A stretch of 64,000 bases of DNA from Haliotis rufescens (Eukaryota). The notes below the pieces were generated by a model that had not been told where the DNA came from, ran no database searches, and saw nothing but the letters and a program-made list of their open reading frames with translations. The translations under genes and the position numbers were made by a program. Position 1 is the stretch's first letter. Every line of letters begins with the position of its first letter. Of the stretch, positions 14,354-27,522 are shown piece after piece. The stretch is from contig NW_025963979.1 in assembly GCF_023055435.1 (NCBI RefSeq), positions 6,820,001 to 6,884,000 of the forward strand, in the 5' to 3' direction.

Positions 14354-14682
14354 TGAGGTGAAATTGTCCAGGATTATTGCACTTATATAGCGACGTGCAT
14401 GCACGTGTATGTGTGTGTGTGTGTGTGTGTGTACTAGTCCGGACTGATGCCGATTTATAGTGATAGCTCACTGAAATACCATGCCGAAGTTTAACATAAC
14501 TCAGACACAGTATACTGACTCTGAGCCGACCAGTCCTTGTTTTAGCCCCTAATGCCGAGCGCCAGACAGGGTAACAACAAGTACCATCTTTAAACGTCTT
14601 TTGGTATGACGCTGTCGGGGATCGAACCCCGGACCTTCCGCTCTCCGGGCGGACGCTCTACCATTAGACCACGGAGGCGGTC
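14354..14682 (-). mobile_element. tRNA-headed SINE family D, Meta-SINE-like, inserted in a short ~65-bp tandem repeat
   Basis: Head GACCGCCTCCGTGGTCTAATGGTAGAGCG..GGTTCGATCC; core GTCATACCAAAAGAC..GGACTGGTCGGCTCAGAGTCAG; TSD AAAAATGAAGG. Other copies: 8203-8515 and 45357-45957 (the latter with a nested family C copy). Confidence 0.78.
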
Positions 14683-16409
14683 GTAAAAAATGAAGGATTG
14701 TTTGAGAAAACCAGAGACTTAATGTTAACTTAATTTTTTTCATAATTTCATAGTAACAATGAATGATTGTTTGGGAAAACCAGAGACCATATAGTCTCTT
14801 GGAAAACGAAATATTTAATTGGTATTTTTTTCAAACGGTCTACAGTCTAAAAACCTAAAAAAATGTCGCCTTAGGCCCTAACACTGCAGGTAGCTTAACT
14901 CAGTCGGCAGGTCAACCAGTTTGCTTGGAATGCTGACAGAGAGAGGTTAAGACAAACAAAGAATTAGAATATTTACAAAGCAGGTGGTGACAAGACTTCC
15001 TCTCAACATACACTACACTGACAAGCGTGACCTAGATTCCTCAGTACTGTTCCCGTTAATCTAACACACACGTAACCAGGCCTCCGGCAACAAATGTGGC
15101 GCAATTAAAGGACTCAATGAACGCATTAATCATAGAAATATACATTAATGGGTATGTACAAACACTAATATTTCAAGGTTATAAAAAAAAGTTTAAAAAT
15201 CTGAACTTCTCATTACAATAATTAAATGTGTACTATCAAACACCACTTTCTCTATAATATTATACAAACGCCATGTGTGCGATGTCATCTCGCCAAATAT
15301 TACTCACGCATAACGTGCTGTATTTGAATGTATATATCAACAAGAAAACATTGATGCAGAGCATCAAAGTTCCCCGCCATATGTGATGCCTCACAAACGC
15401 ATAATTATGATGTTACTGAAAGGCATGATGGAGCATAATTATATTAACCACAAATAACACAACGCTGTTGTGGAAAAAAATATTATTTATTTTGAGTATT
15501 GGGCAATACAGTTGATACATTTGCATAGGGTAGGTCTATTTAAAAATAGTTTCTTGTTTAACGCCGCACTCAGCATTATTCCAGCCATATGACGGAGGTC
15601 TGTAAATAATCCAGTCTGGACCAGATCATCCAGTGATTGACACCAAGAGCATCGAAATACGCAATTTGAATATGATGTTATGCATCGACCAAATCGGCGA
15701 GCCTGACTACCCAATCCTGTTCGTCGCCTCTTACGGCAAGCATACAGGTTGCTGAAGACCTATTCTTACCTGGGTCTTTATTTAAAAAGTAGATCGAAGG
15801 AAATCGAAGCAATTTCTGGCACAAATGTAAACATGTGGAAATAGTATCAAAACTGCCAACAACATTGGCAGATGCACATACTCAAAAAATAGATCACATT
15901 CTCTTTACACTTAGCATTTGGTTATAATAATGTAAATGAAAATACTAAGGGCTCCATATGGCAAAAAAAGTCATACTAGATAAGGTCTTTTTGTCACAAC
16001 CTCAGATGCACATACTCAAAATATTATCACGTAGTTGGAGAACATTTCAATACCGGGACTAATCAATAACGGAGATTTTGGTCAGCTTTTTTGTGTATTT
16101 CTTTCTTTCAAAGAATAGTAATTGTGATCATGATGAGCTGAGTTACTTGGTTTTTTTCTATATACTGTTTTTTATCCAGTGTCAGTAACTGTTGTGGAAT
16201 GTGGTTTACTTGTAACAATGACTGGTTTGAGTTCATATGATGATGATTGATTGGTTTGTCGTTTAACGCCGCACTCAGTAATATCCCAGCTATATGACGG
16301 CGTTCTGTAAATAATCGAGTCTGGACCAGACAATCCAGTGCCTGTAATATCATGAGCATCGATCCACGCAATTGGGATCGACGCCTCTTAAGACAAGCAT
16401 CGTCGCCTG

Positions 16410-16954
16410 ATATATATACTGTTAAGATGTAACATGACAATTCATCCATACTACTAAACAGAAGTAAAACCGCTTGTCCATTCGGATCAATCTGACCAAG
16501 ACCATTCCGCTGATGACAGTCAAATAATGCATACGAATCGAAATCCGTAAAAACTGCAATGGAGACATCATTAAAAGTTACCAAAAGTGACGGGGATATC
16601 AATATTGCTTTTTGAAATGATTCTATGAAATTTGTTTTCCCTGCTTCAATATTTGGAGCACCTGTGACGGAGCCATAAAACTGATCTGTTATGTAGACAA
16701 TATCGCTTGAGGCAATGGCTGCTGGGAACTGATTATGACCTAAATACTCTTCATAGCCTTCGGTGTTAACTTTGTGGCTGTAGAGAGCTGTGCCTTCATC
16801 CAACAGATTATCGAGGTCAGTGGAACACGGTACAGATGCAAATAGATTTGAGCTATGGGACACAAAATATATGAGTGACCAGAGCTACGGCTGTACATTG
16901 AATTCCATTAAACGGTTGAAAAATACTACAGCCTTGATGCAAATTCGCTGACAC
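16410..16954 (-). pseudogene. Herpesvirus large-tegument-type deubiquitinase/deneddylase (peptidase C76) domain remnant, likely transposon-borne
   Basis: VSANLHQGCSIFQPFNGIQCTAVAL (frameshift near 16862), DLDNLLDEGTALY, YALFDCHQRNGLGQIDPNGQAVLLLFSSMDEL. Cut off by a SINE at 16250-16400. Confidence 0.72.
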
Positions 16955-18397
16955 ACTACTCCGATTTTGCTTTGACTTTGCTACCAAACGTTTCACATGT
17001 GGTTATGTGCGGTGCACTGATTAAAAAAAACACACGGGGCACTGGGTTAATTAAAAATACGGAATATAACTATTCCAAATATTTCCAGTGAACATGAGCA
17101 TCCAAACAATCAAAAGTGTGGTATGTAGAATATGGAATTCAGCCATATTACATTTAAATTGAGATGTCGTCGTTGTTCATGAATAAGCATATTCAGAACA
17201 TAATTTTTAATTATGCTGTTATTTACGATCTCCGGTGCACAGTTCTTCTTTTGTATGCACCGTGAAAATCAGAAAATTAGTCCTTGAGGAAAAAAGGACA
17301 TCGGATTACACATGAATGGTTTAATAATGTCAGCAAATGACCAGAAACGGTCAGATGCATCAATTAACTACATAAAGACGATTTTGAAGTATCTCTTATT
17401 GCTGGAAAAGAATAGCATCAACATTCGACGCACATGATTTGTATGTTTTGTTTCCGTTAATGCGTGGCTTGAAATTTCAAATAAACCAACATGTCGACAT
17501 ACATGCCACAAATTTAACGTTTCCCGTATACTTCCCCGCCTTAAGGGCGGGGAAGAATAAAAACGGCATACGGTCCCACAGTCTGTATTAATTTGACTTT
17601 GCAACCGCTACTATGAACACACTCCATACCTCCCCTACGTGTTCACTGCACGATGTTTCGCACGTTCTCCAACAATTTCTGTCTAGTCAAAGATTCTTGA
17701 TTGCGTCACAAAAATGACTGAACAGTGTTTAACTGAGTTGGATATATTTCGTTTGTAGCTTGACGTCGTAGTTACCAATATGATGTGTTTGGACCAGAAA
17801 ATCCAGTGATCGATATTGTGAGCAACGATTCACGCCGTCTGGGTACGATGACACGCAATCAAACCAAGTCACCGAACCTGAACCTCCGAGATTTGGGTGA
17901 GTGAGTGAGTGAGTGAGTGAGTGTGGTTTAACATCGCTTTTAACAGTATTCCAGTTATATCACTGCGTGTCAGCTTAATGTGGGAGGAAAGCCCGAAGTG
18001 ATGCAGGTATCAGACGTTTACCACATCGGTGAAGCTCACGAGCACGGGTATGGTGCTGACAAACTTAGAAACATAATCGGGTCGAACCGGGATTCGAACC
18101 CACATCCGAGATATGGATACAGAGTGGTACAAAGTGGCAACGGTCGTGATGTGAGAGGAGAACCCAGGCCGTAGACGTGTGTGACCTCTTTGGTGAAAAC
18201 CAACTATACAGGTAAGGAGCCGATAGACCAAGAATCAGATTTTGGGCGAATCTGAGACTCGAACTCACGACCACGGGATCCTTATTCGGATAATGGAGGT
18301 AACTCTGAACGATTCTAGCCATGTCCGTTTTCGTACCTCTTAACAAAAGCTAAGATGCATGATAGTAAATTAAAATTTTAAGGCATGAGCGAAATGA

Positions 18398-18668
18398 TTG
18401 GTTGGTTGGTTGGTTGGTTTGTTGTTTAACGCCGCACTCAGCAATATTCCAGCTATATGACAGCGGTCTGTAAATAATCGAGTCTGGACCAGACAATCCA
18501 GTGATTAATATCGTGAGCATCGATCCACGCAATTGGGATCAAAGACATGCATCAACCAGGTCAGCGAGCCTGACCACCCGATCCCGTTAGTCGCCTTTTA
18601 CGACAAGCATAGTCACCTTTTACGGCAAGCATGGGTTGCTGAAGACCTATTCTACCCTGGAATCTTCC
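18398..18668 (-). mobile_element. SINE family A copy with 11-bp TSD
   Basis: GAGCGAAATGA at 18387-18397 and 18669-18679. Confidence 0.9.
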
Positions 18669-21600
18669 GAGCGAAATGAGGTCACTTATAGTGAGCGAGT
18701 ATGATTTTCCGCAGCTTTTAGCAATATTCCAGCAATGTATTTCACGTATTGTACCATATGGGGAATGGAACCCGGACCTTCGCCTCAAAGAGCGACCGCT
18801 TCAACCTCTACCCCACTGCCCGTGTTGGCGGTAGCTTGTAATAGTGGACCCGACCCAAACAAAGAACAGTTGACCAACCGTTATACGACCGACAGTGGAA
18901 AGCGGAAAACACACTTGTTTGCGTATACATATGCGTATGCGTGTTGCGTATTCGTTGTCTCAACAAATAATATATACGAGCAATGCCCATGCTTACGATA
19001 ACGAATACGTCAACATTCTACGTAAAACATGCACAGTTGACTCCTTTCAACAAATTCCCATTTTGTATACGTACGCGTACGCGTCAAAATTAGCCCCCGG
19101 AAAGAATTCAATCGTATACGTATTCGTTAACACGCACCCCCAATACGCGAACGGAAACAAACGTGCCTTACCTTGTCATTATTTGTACCAAATAGATTTT
19201 GAAATACGCAAAGGCAAACTCGTGTGTTTCAGGCTTAAGACGAACATACAGTCCCCGAAATAACGTTGTGTATACTTAAATATATATAAGTCTATAAAGA
19301 AACCCTCGATTATAATGAACCGTCATGTCTATTAATATAGATTTGCAGGGGCATGACCAGAATGTTACATTAGAGGAAGGCCAGGGATAGGAAAGGGTGT
19401 AAACGTTTTATGTAATATGTGTTGTGAGGACTATATAAATGGCCCCCATCAAAATCCAGTTGACTTACTGCTGAGTCACCATTGACGTCATTTCTTTTCT
19501 CAGCGCCCTTACCTTACACGTCAACGTGATCCGTAACGTTTGCTACCGCCTTTCACAAGGTAACCACGTCAAATAATGTACGTTATGCTTCAAGAAATTA
19601 TACAAAGGTCAGTTGACTGCCTCTCCATTGTGAAACCTGTTATTACATTTCACGCGCTGTCTCCAGAACATGGGAAGGAAGGAGTCGTGGCTGGTTTACC
19701 TGGTAGTGATATATGCTATTTATTTGTACAGAAACCATACACTGGTTTGAAAAAAGCTGTTGTATGGCAAGTGATTCGCATACCATAATGTGTCGCATCA
19801 TCTGTGACGTGGCAATCGTATAAGAAGGTATCGCTTGAGTACTGTGTACTGGGACGCCCCATCTCTCTTTGTTAGAGCTCCAAAAACCTATGACTGGTGT
19901 TCTGCTTCAACAATTCCATGAGAGCAATGTGTACACAGTCCTCTACACAGTTATTCAAATACAGTCGGAACTCCACAACAGCTCCATGTTTCTTTATTAA
20001 ACGTCATCGGGAATATCCTATTAGTGAGTGAGTATGGCTTTTACGCCGCGTTTAGCAAAATTCTCCAGCAATATCACGGCGGGGGACACCAGAAATGGGC
20101 TTCACACATTGTACCCATGTCGGGAATCAAACCCGGGTCTTCGGCGTGACGAGCGAACGCTTTAACCACTTGTTGCCTGTTTGCTCTCCAGGGACCTTGA
20201 CCATTCAAAAATAACAACCATATTTAGTCTATTCAGCTGCAGACCTTTTCTGGGAGGGGTTCCAAATTCGGTGAATATCCTGTCATAAAAATTCAAGTTA
20301 TCAGATTATAAGCAGTTTGCATGCTTACTTAATAAGTATTGCCTTGCGCTGTAAAATCTACCAATCAAGTGCCAAACTAATAACCTAAGAATATAAAGGG
20401 TTTGTAAACGCCTTTTTGAATTTTTAAAATGAAAAGCGTAATTTGTCGTAAAAAAAGGACATGTAAAACAGGTAATTTGAAAATGATAACATTACGTTAT
20501 TAGTAATATAATAGCACAGGCCACTCACTTGGCCACTTGAAAAAGGTAAGTGTTTGTTGCCTGACGGTTGTAGTAGCGGAAGTGGCCGATTTCAAAGTAA
20601 GCTATTGGCACCACTGTCTCTGTATATGTTAGGTTTCCTTATTACACAAAGTTGTTTCTAAATGAACAAAGAAGCTTCGACATCGAGCTAATTTTATACC
20701 CACATTAAGATGTAAAATACACCGGGGATGTGGCAGCCCGGCCTTCCCCACGCAGTACCCTGGAACCCCAGTAACTCACTCTAAACTGCATCCATATCTG
20801 TTTTTAGGTGAGTGAGTACACAGTCCTCAACACAGTTATTCAAATACAATCGGAACTCTACAACAGCTCCATGTTTCTTTTTTAAACGTCATCGGGAATA
20901 TCTTACCAGTGAGTGAGTATGGTTTTACGACGCTTTTGCCAATATTCCAGCAATATCACGGCGGGGGACACCAGAAATGGGCTTCACACATTTTACCCAT
21001 GTCGGGAAGCGAACCCGGGACTTCGGCGTGACGAGCGAACGCTTTAACCACTAGGCTACCCGACCGCCCCCAGTGTTTTTAGGTGACCCGTGAACATTCG
21101 GGGTAGAATAGGTAATTCTTGACGAAAAAGGCGACTATGCTTGTCGTAAGAGGTGACTAACGGGATCGGGTGGTCAGGCTCACTGACTTGGCTGATGCAT
21201 GCCATCGTATTCCAATTGCGTGGATCGATGCTCATGATGTCAATCTATGGGTTGTCTCGTCCAGACTCGATTATTTACATACCGCCGTCGTATAGCTGGA
21301 ATATTGCTGAGTGCGGCGTTAAACAACAAACAAACAAACAAAATTTTAAGTAACTTTACAGAAATAACTTTAAACCTAAACAATATCTTTTTGTCCTATC
21401 GAAGGTTAAATGACAGCGACATCCTTTACGTCAGAAATTCGTTGAAGAATGAAAACACCCTTCTCAAGTGTCTGCATGTCATCGCGAGATATATCAGCAA
21501 CGACAAAAACCTTCGGATCCCCTCGATACGTCTGGGTAGACTAGTCATACAGCGACGCGGGGTGTAATTTATAGGTCGTGTTGACTTACTTGAATGGATA

Positions 21601-24323
21601 GTATGTGTGGATCGAGGACCCACGTACCTGGAACCTTCTAGCTGTATGAGTTCCTTTGTGGCAGACAAATAACACCGTTGGAAGTAGGTCGCGTACATCT
21701 TATTGCACAGTCCTTCTATCCAGCAAAACAAGTACAATCACAGGTAACAGGATTTCGATGTTTTAATGGCGGGTTGCCATAGAACATAATAGGATGGGAA
21801 TTAACAGGTTTGTGGTTTGAGTTACCAAAACTAGGAACAGAATTATTTATATTTTACATTTAAGGTCCACTCGATATTCACCCATAATGAATAAGAAGCT
21901 GAAACTCATGCTCGTGTGTTTCACCAAAAGGGGTAAACGTCTGAGACATGCGTCACTTCGGGCTCATATGCCATGATATATCTGAAATACTGTTCAAAGC
22001 GGCGTTAAACCCAACTCACTCACTCACACTGCAAACTGAGCCAGAAATAGTCACATAACAGCAAACACATGCTGTATTTGGATTGAGTGAGTGAGTATGA
22101 TATAGAGGTTATCACGCGAGTGTGTTTGGGGATGGTAAATATCCTGCATTAGGAATAAACATTGTATTTAGCGAGCCTTGGCGAGCTAAATACATAGTGT
22201 TTAAACATTACCGAAACATTGCGAGTTTTCCTGGAATGCGCGCATTAATATTTATTACGTCACAGGGTAAGTGATGTGTCAGTCGGACAGTGACAGTAGC
22301 CAATATAGTTCCAACTGAAATCTGTTTCTTATACAGTGGCGAAGCAACATATACGCAAAACAACAATTGTTTTTAATTGCCTTTCGCGGCAATCCATCGG
22401 TCTGTCCGCTAGAGTAACTGCCCTTTGTCAAAGGGAAGCTACTCTAACCCTAGTCTATGAGACGTCACGGCCACGGTCAGACGTTGTTGACAGTCGGTCT
22501 GTCCTATCATAACGATAAGAAGTGTACTCAGATGTACACACAGCGACAAAACGAAACAAGGTAACAATTCAAACATATTCCCGTCAAATCCAACTATTTT
22601 AATTTGTGGAGAAGGTTTCAAGCCGCAGAGGTCTACAAGCACAGATATGGCTACTGATCCCGCTTGGCTAGGCCTCGTGCCCTCGCCAAATTGTTTCGAA
22701 ATTTATATCTCCAAAGTTGCCAAAACTTATAAAATGCCTTAGCTGCGTCACAGAGAGACACAGATTTTCAGTATATTAGACTGTTCTTTTGATAATGATA
22801 GCAATTATCGCTGTAGTTAATCCAGATTCCCGATGGTTAATTCTGACTCGATCGCCGAATGACGAGTGCGACGCCATGTTTGTTTATAAACAGTGAAAGT
22901 AGTCCCTACTTGACCTTTGATATTTGCATCTCTATCCGCATATGACCCCAACGGATATCGTTTTTATCCGTTGGCTTTATCCTGCCGAGAAACCTACCCA
23001 TTATATGACAAAAAGTATTTAGGCCGCGTTTAGCAATATTCCAGCAATATCACGGCGAACGTTTTAACCACTAGGCTACCCGACCGCCCCGTATTTGGAT
23101 TGACAATCATGACATGCACCTGCTGCATATGGAAACTGTGCAGCACGTGTCAGTCAGCGTGGTGCACATGCGCAGAGTGATGTCATAGGGTGACAGGTAT
23201 GTTTTCACGTCTTCGTTTCACAAGGCCACATTGACAGAAGCAAGTGTCATTTAGAAACGAACTTGACGATTTTGCACACGGAAAGACCATAAAGCTGAAA
23301 TATACATCGAATTCGTACACACAAAGATCGGAGTATACTTCGAGTTCGCAGTCAAATCAACTTAATGCGTCCCTTATGAGACAACCAATCACTTGGAATA
23401 CTGACGACTTGCAGCCATTCCGACTTTTCCAAGAACATGGTCGTCTCGTAACGTTTTGTTTGTTTGTTTGTTGTTTAACGCCGCACTCAGCAATATTTCA
23501 GCTATATGACGGCAGTGTGTAAATAATCGAGTCTGGGTCAGAGAATCCTGTGATTGATATCATGAGCATCGATCAGCGCAATTGGGATCAATGACATGCA
23601 TCGACCACGTCATCAACCAAGTCATCCCGTTAGTCGCATCCTACGACAAGCATAGTCACCTTTTACGGCAAGCATAGTCGCCTTTTACGACAAGCATAGG
23701 TTGCTGAAGACCTATTCTACCGCTGATCTTCATGGGTCTGGGATATGATGACATGCATCAACCAAGTCAGCGAGTCGAATCACCCGATCATGTTAGTCGC
23801 CTCTTGCGACAAGCATGATCGCCCTTTCCAGCAAGCATGCTTCTCGTAACGGACGCAGTTGCTTGTATAGTGTAAATTCGGACAAATAACTTACACAGTC
23901 TTATTTTAACTTTTGGACACACAGAATTCTTCATTGTCAGGCCTGTTTGGCGTTTCCGACTGACTAGAAACACTATGATGGATTTCTGGTGAATTTTTCA
24001 AACAATTAAATCTTACAAAAAAAATACAGAGACAATTTCAATAATTTCTTTTACGTCATACCTATTCCAGTGGTCTTCTAAGATAGGATAAGTTGTTGGT
24101 ATAGTTCCGTATATATGAGGTTTTAACACCGCACTCAGCAATATATCAGCTAAAATTAGGGCAACCTGTAAATAATCGAGTCTGGACGAGACAATCCAGT
24201 GATTGATAATATGCGCAACGATCCACGCCGTCGGAGTTCGATGATACCAACCAACCAAGTCAGCGAGTCTGGCCACCCTACACATAAGTTCGGCTTACGG
24301 CCAGCATAGTGTGCTTGGTACCT

Positions 24324-24433
24324 TGGCCCCCTTCCACAAAAAAGGATCTTAGCGCAACGACTATCGTAAGCCTATGTTTAAGTATGGGCGTTACGACCAC
24401 CCGAGCGCTAAATCGCTCTGTGTAATGTACCCC
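24324..24433. mobile_element. Short palindromic MITE (related half copy at ~41690-41734)
   Basis: GGCCCC..CACAAA..GATCTTAGCGC is mirrored by GCGCTAAATCGCTCTGTG..CCCC. Confidence 0.45.
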
Positions 24434-24559
24434 TGAATCCCAGTGATGCGGTTCTCGGTATGAATGAGTTCAGTGCTACATATTGCAATTTGGAACGTTG
24501 CATAACAACATACCTCTGACAGACATACACTTTACCGTCACATGGTGGATGAGTCATCT

Positions 24560-25504
24560 GAATGTTCTTTACAGGCCTAGCGTAATTAATCACAAGATCT
24601 GTGTCAGCGTGCATGGTTGAATTCCACTTTTGTTGGGTGTGTTTCAGCCACAAGAAGACTCTCCCAAACTGAGATTGATATAGATTAATCTACCCTTTGG
24701 GTTTTTCCTCAATTAGCGCTATCATTCTGCGTTAGGGGATCCTGTTTTCGAAGAAATATTTGTGACCCGGCTAAGGATAGGTAATGTTTGTTTGTTTGTT
24801 TGTCATCTGTTAAACGCCGCACTCAGCAATATCCCAGCCTAAATATACATGTAAATAATCGAGTCTGGACCAGACAATCCAGTGATTAACATGAGCACCG
24901 TTCTACGCAAATGGAAGGAAAGCCCGAACTGATGCAGGTCTCAGACGGTTACCACTTCGGTGAAACCCACGAGCACGGGTATGGTGCTGACAAACCTAGA
25001 AACATAATCGGGGCGAACCGGGATTCGAACCCACAGTCAGAATGTTCTTTACATGCCTAGCGTAATTAATCACAAGATCTGTGTCAGCGTGCATGGTTGA
25101 ATTCCATTTTTGTTAGGTGTGTTTCAGCCACAAGAAGACTCTCCCAAACTGAGATTGATATAGATTAATCTACCCTTTGGGTTTTTCCTCAATTAGCGCT
25201 ATCATTCTGCGTTAGGGGATCCTGTTTTCGAAGAAATATTTGTGACCCGGCTAAGGATAGGTAATGTTTGTTTGTTTGTTTGTCATCTGTTAAACGCCGC
25301 ACTCAGCAATATCCCAGCCTAAATATACATGTAAATAATCGAGTCTGGACCAGACAATCCAGTGATTAACATGAGCACCGTTCTACGCAAATGGAAGGAA
25401 AGCCCGAACTGATGCAGGTCTCAGACGGTTACCACTTCGGTGAAACCCACGAACACGGGTATGGTGCTGACAAACATAGAAACATAATCGGGGCGAACCG
25501 GGAT
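24560..25504. repeat. 480-bp tandem duplication containing a nested SINE A / SINE C junction
   Basis: 24560-25024 is nearly identical to 25040-25504. Confidence 0.95.
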
Positions 25505-27522
25505 CATAGGTTTCTGGCGTGCCCAAGGGACACAACTCTGCACAGCGAATCGCGTCGGCTTAGACGACAGGGCCACCTGTGCCCCCTCTACGCAAATGAG
25601 ATACGATTACATGCATCAACTAAGTCAGCGAGACTAAAGACCAGATCCCGTTAGTTGCCTCTTCTTACGACAAGCACGGGTTGCTGAAGACAAATTTTAA
25701 CCCAGATCTTCACGGGTTTCGAAGGAATGAAAACGAAATATTGCTGCTATAGCATTCAACGACTTTGAAAGGATTAACATGTCTCCCATCTACCAACAAA
25801 CGGTGGCCCGGGGGACGAGTCGTCGCAGCAGCCGCAATTCGCTGTGCAGATCGAGAAGTGCTTCTTTTGAGTGTGCTAGAAACATAGTCGTGGGTTCGAG
25901 TCCCAGCTTCGCCCTTGTTAGGTTTGTCCGCACCATACCATGCTCGTAGGCTTTTTCAAAGTGGTAATGTCTGCATCATTTCGGGCTTTTCTCAAACATC
26001 AAGCTGACATGCCGTGATATAACGGAGCTTCTGTTCAAAGCGGCGTTAAAACCAACTCATTCGCTCATTCATTCTATCAAATAACGCAATTACTGCGGAA
26101 GCAAAATAAATGAGAAGAATCTTCTTTAAATTTGTTTTAAAAACGTAGATGTCTTTATTGTTTAGAGTTAGCCCATCAAAGAGTACATTAAACTGGTTAC
26201 AATTTTCTTCATTTTTGCAGATAGCTATTAAAACTACAACATTCACACTGTGTTAGTGACAATGGGAAAAGACTCGGTCTATGTGGCAGTCACAGCAAGT
26301 CCCACTCAAATTGCAAGTTAGGGACCGGCAATTTCATACTCCAGAAAGCAATGATCGGACCCACATTCAAAAGTTACTTTTTTGTTTGTTAACTGACATT
26401 CTATTATGTAGAAAACGCTTAACAAGTTAATCATAAGCCTCAGTGTATATACGTGTTTAACGGTGTGTCTGGGATTCGTGGTGTTGCAAGACAGTGTATG
26501 CGCGACCTCTCCCACACTCCTCAATGCTAGGGGCTACTGACGCATGACAAAAAGGCGGTACATATGTATAACATCAAATTGCCGCACTGGGAACGTTCCT
26601 CGGACACATACACCATAGCTAGCCAAGTTAATGTCTCATATCACAGTGTTCATAGTCCATCTTTGTTATATTCCGATGTATATATTATTCCTCGTCACTG
26701 GGAGTGTTAACAAAATTTGAAACAGAACTTTATTTTATGACTCTTTGGAAACAATGTATCACAATTATTTTGTTGTTGCTGGGTAATAAATGTCAAACAT
26801 TATGATATTGTATCAGTCACAAAATGATTACTGTTAAGTCAATGCGGCCTGATGATAATACAGGCTGGGCCAGGAAAACAAGTACTTGGTAGCAGTCAGG
26901 ACACACGATCAAACAGGTCTGACATAGTGACCACCCAATCATCATTTGTTGACTCTTACGACGAGCATTGTTTGTTTGTTTGTTTGCGTGTTGTTTTCGC
27001 CACATTCAGCAATATTCCAGCTATATGGCGGCGGTCTGTAATAATTGATTCTGGACCAGACAATCCCGTGATTGACATTATCAGCATCGATCCACGCAAT
27101 TGGGATACGATGACATGCATCAATCAAGACAGCGAGACTGGCCACCCGATCCCGTTAGTCGCCTCTTACGACAAACATAGGTTGATGAAGACCTATTCTC
27201 TACCCGGGTCTCAGGTAGGTCACAAATTGCAACACACAATCAACATTAGTGTAATATTTAACATAAGCCATCAAGTGCAGGGTAACAGTACTGGGTACAT
27301 CCGTACTCCGTGGAATAACTGTACGAAGTTCAGGTTCATGTGCAAGCCCTGGGGTGTTATTTAGAACTCGCCGTGTCGCTACCGAAATAGGAGACAGAGA
27401 GAGAGAGATATAGAGAGAGAGAGAGATATTAAATGTAACTATACGTTTGTATATGTATATTGTGTACTGAGCGTTGTAATACGGGATGTTGAAATAGCCA
27501 CTGTGATTCACATTGCGCAACA

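Noticed and set aside
20909-21070. tRNA-Asp-like gene (also other tRNA-like heads)
   Set aside because: These continue into SINE bodies and tails, occur in many diverged copies with TSDs, and lack a proper acceptor stem.
26852-27364. 170-aa ORF and similar short ORFs containing GPDNPVID / AGILLSAALN
   Set aside because: Chance translations of SINE family A.
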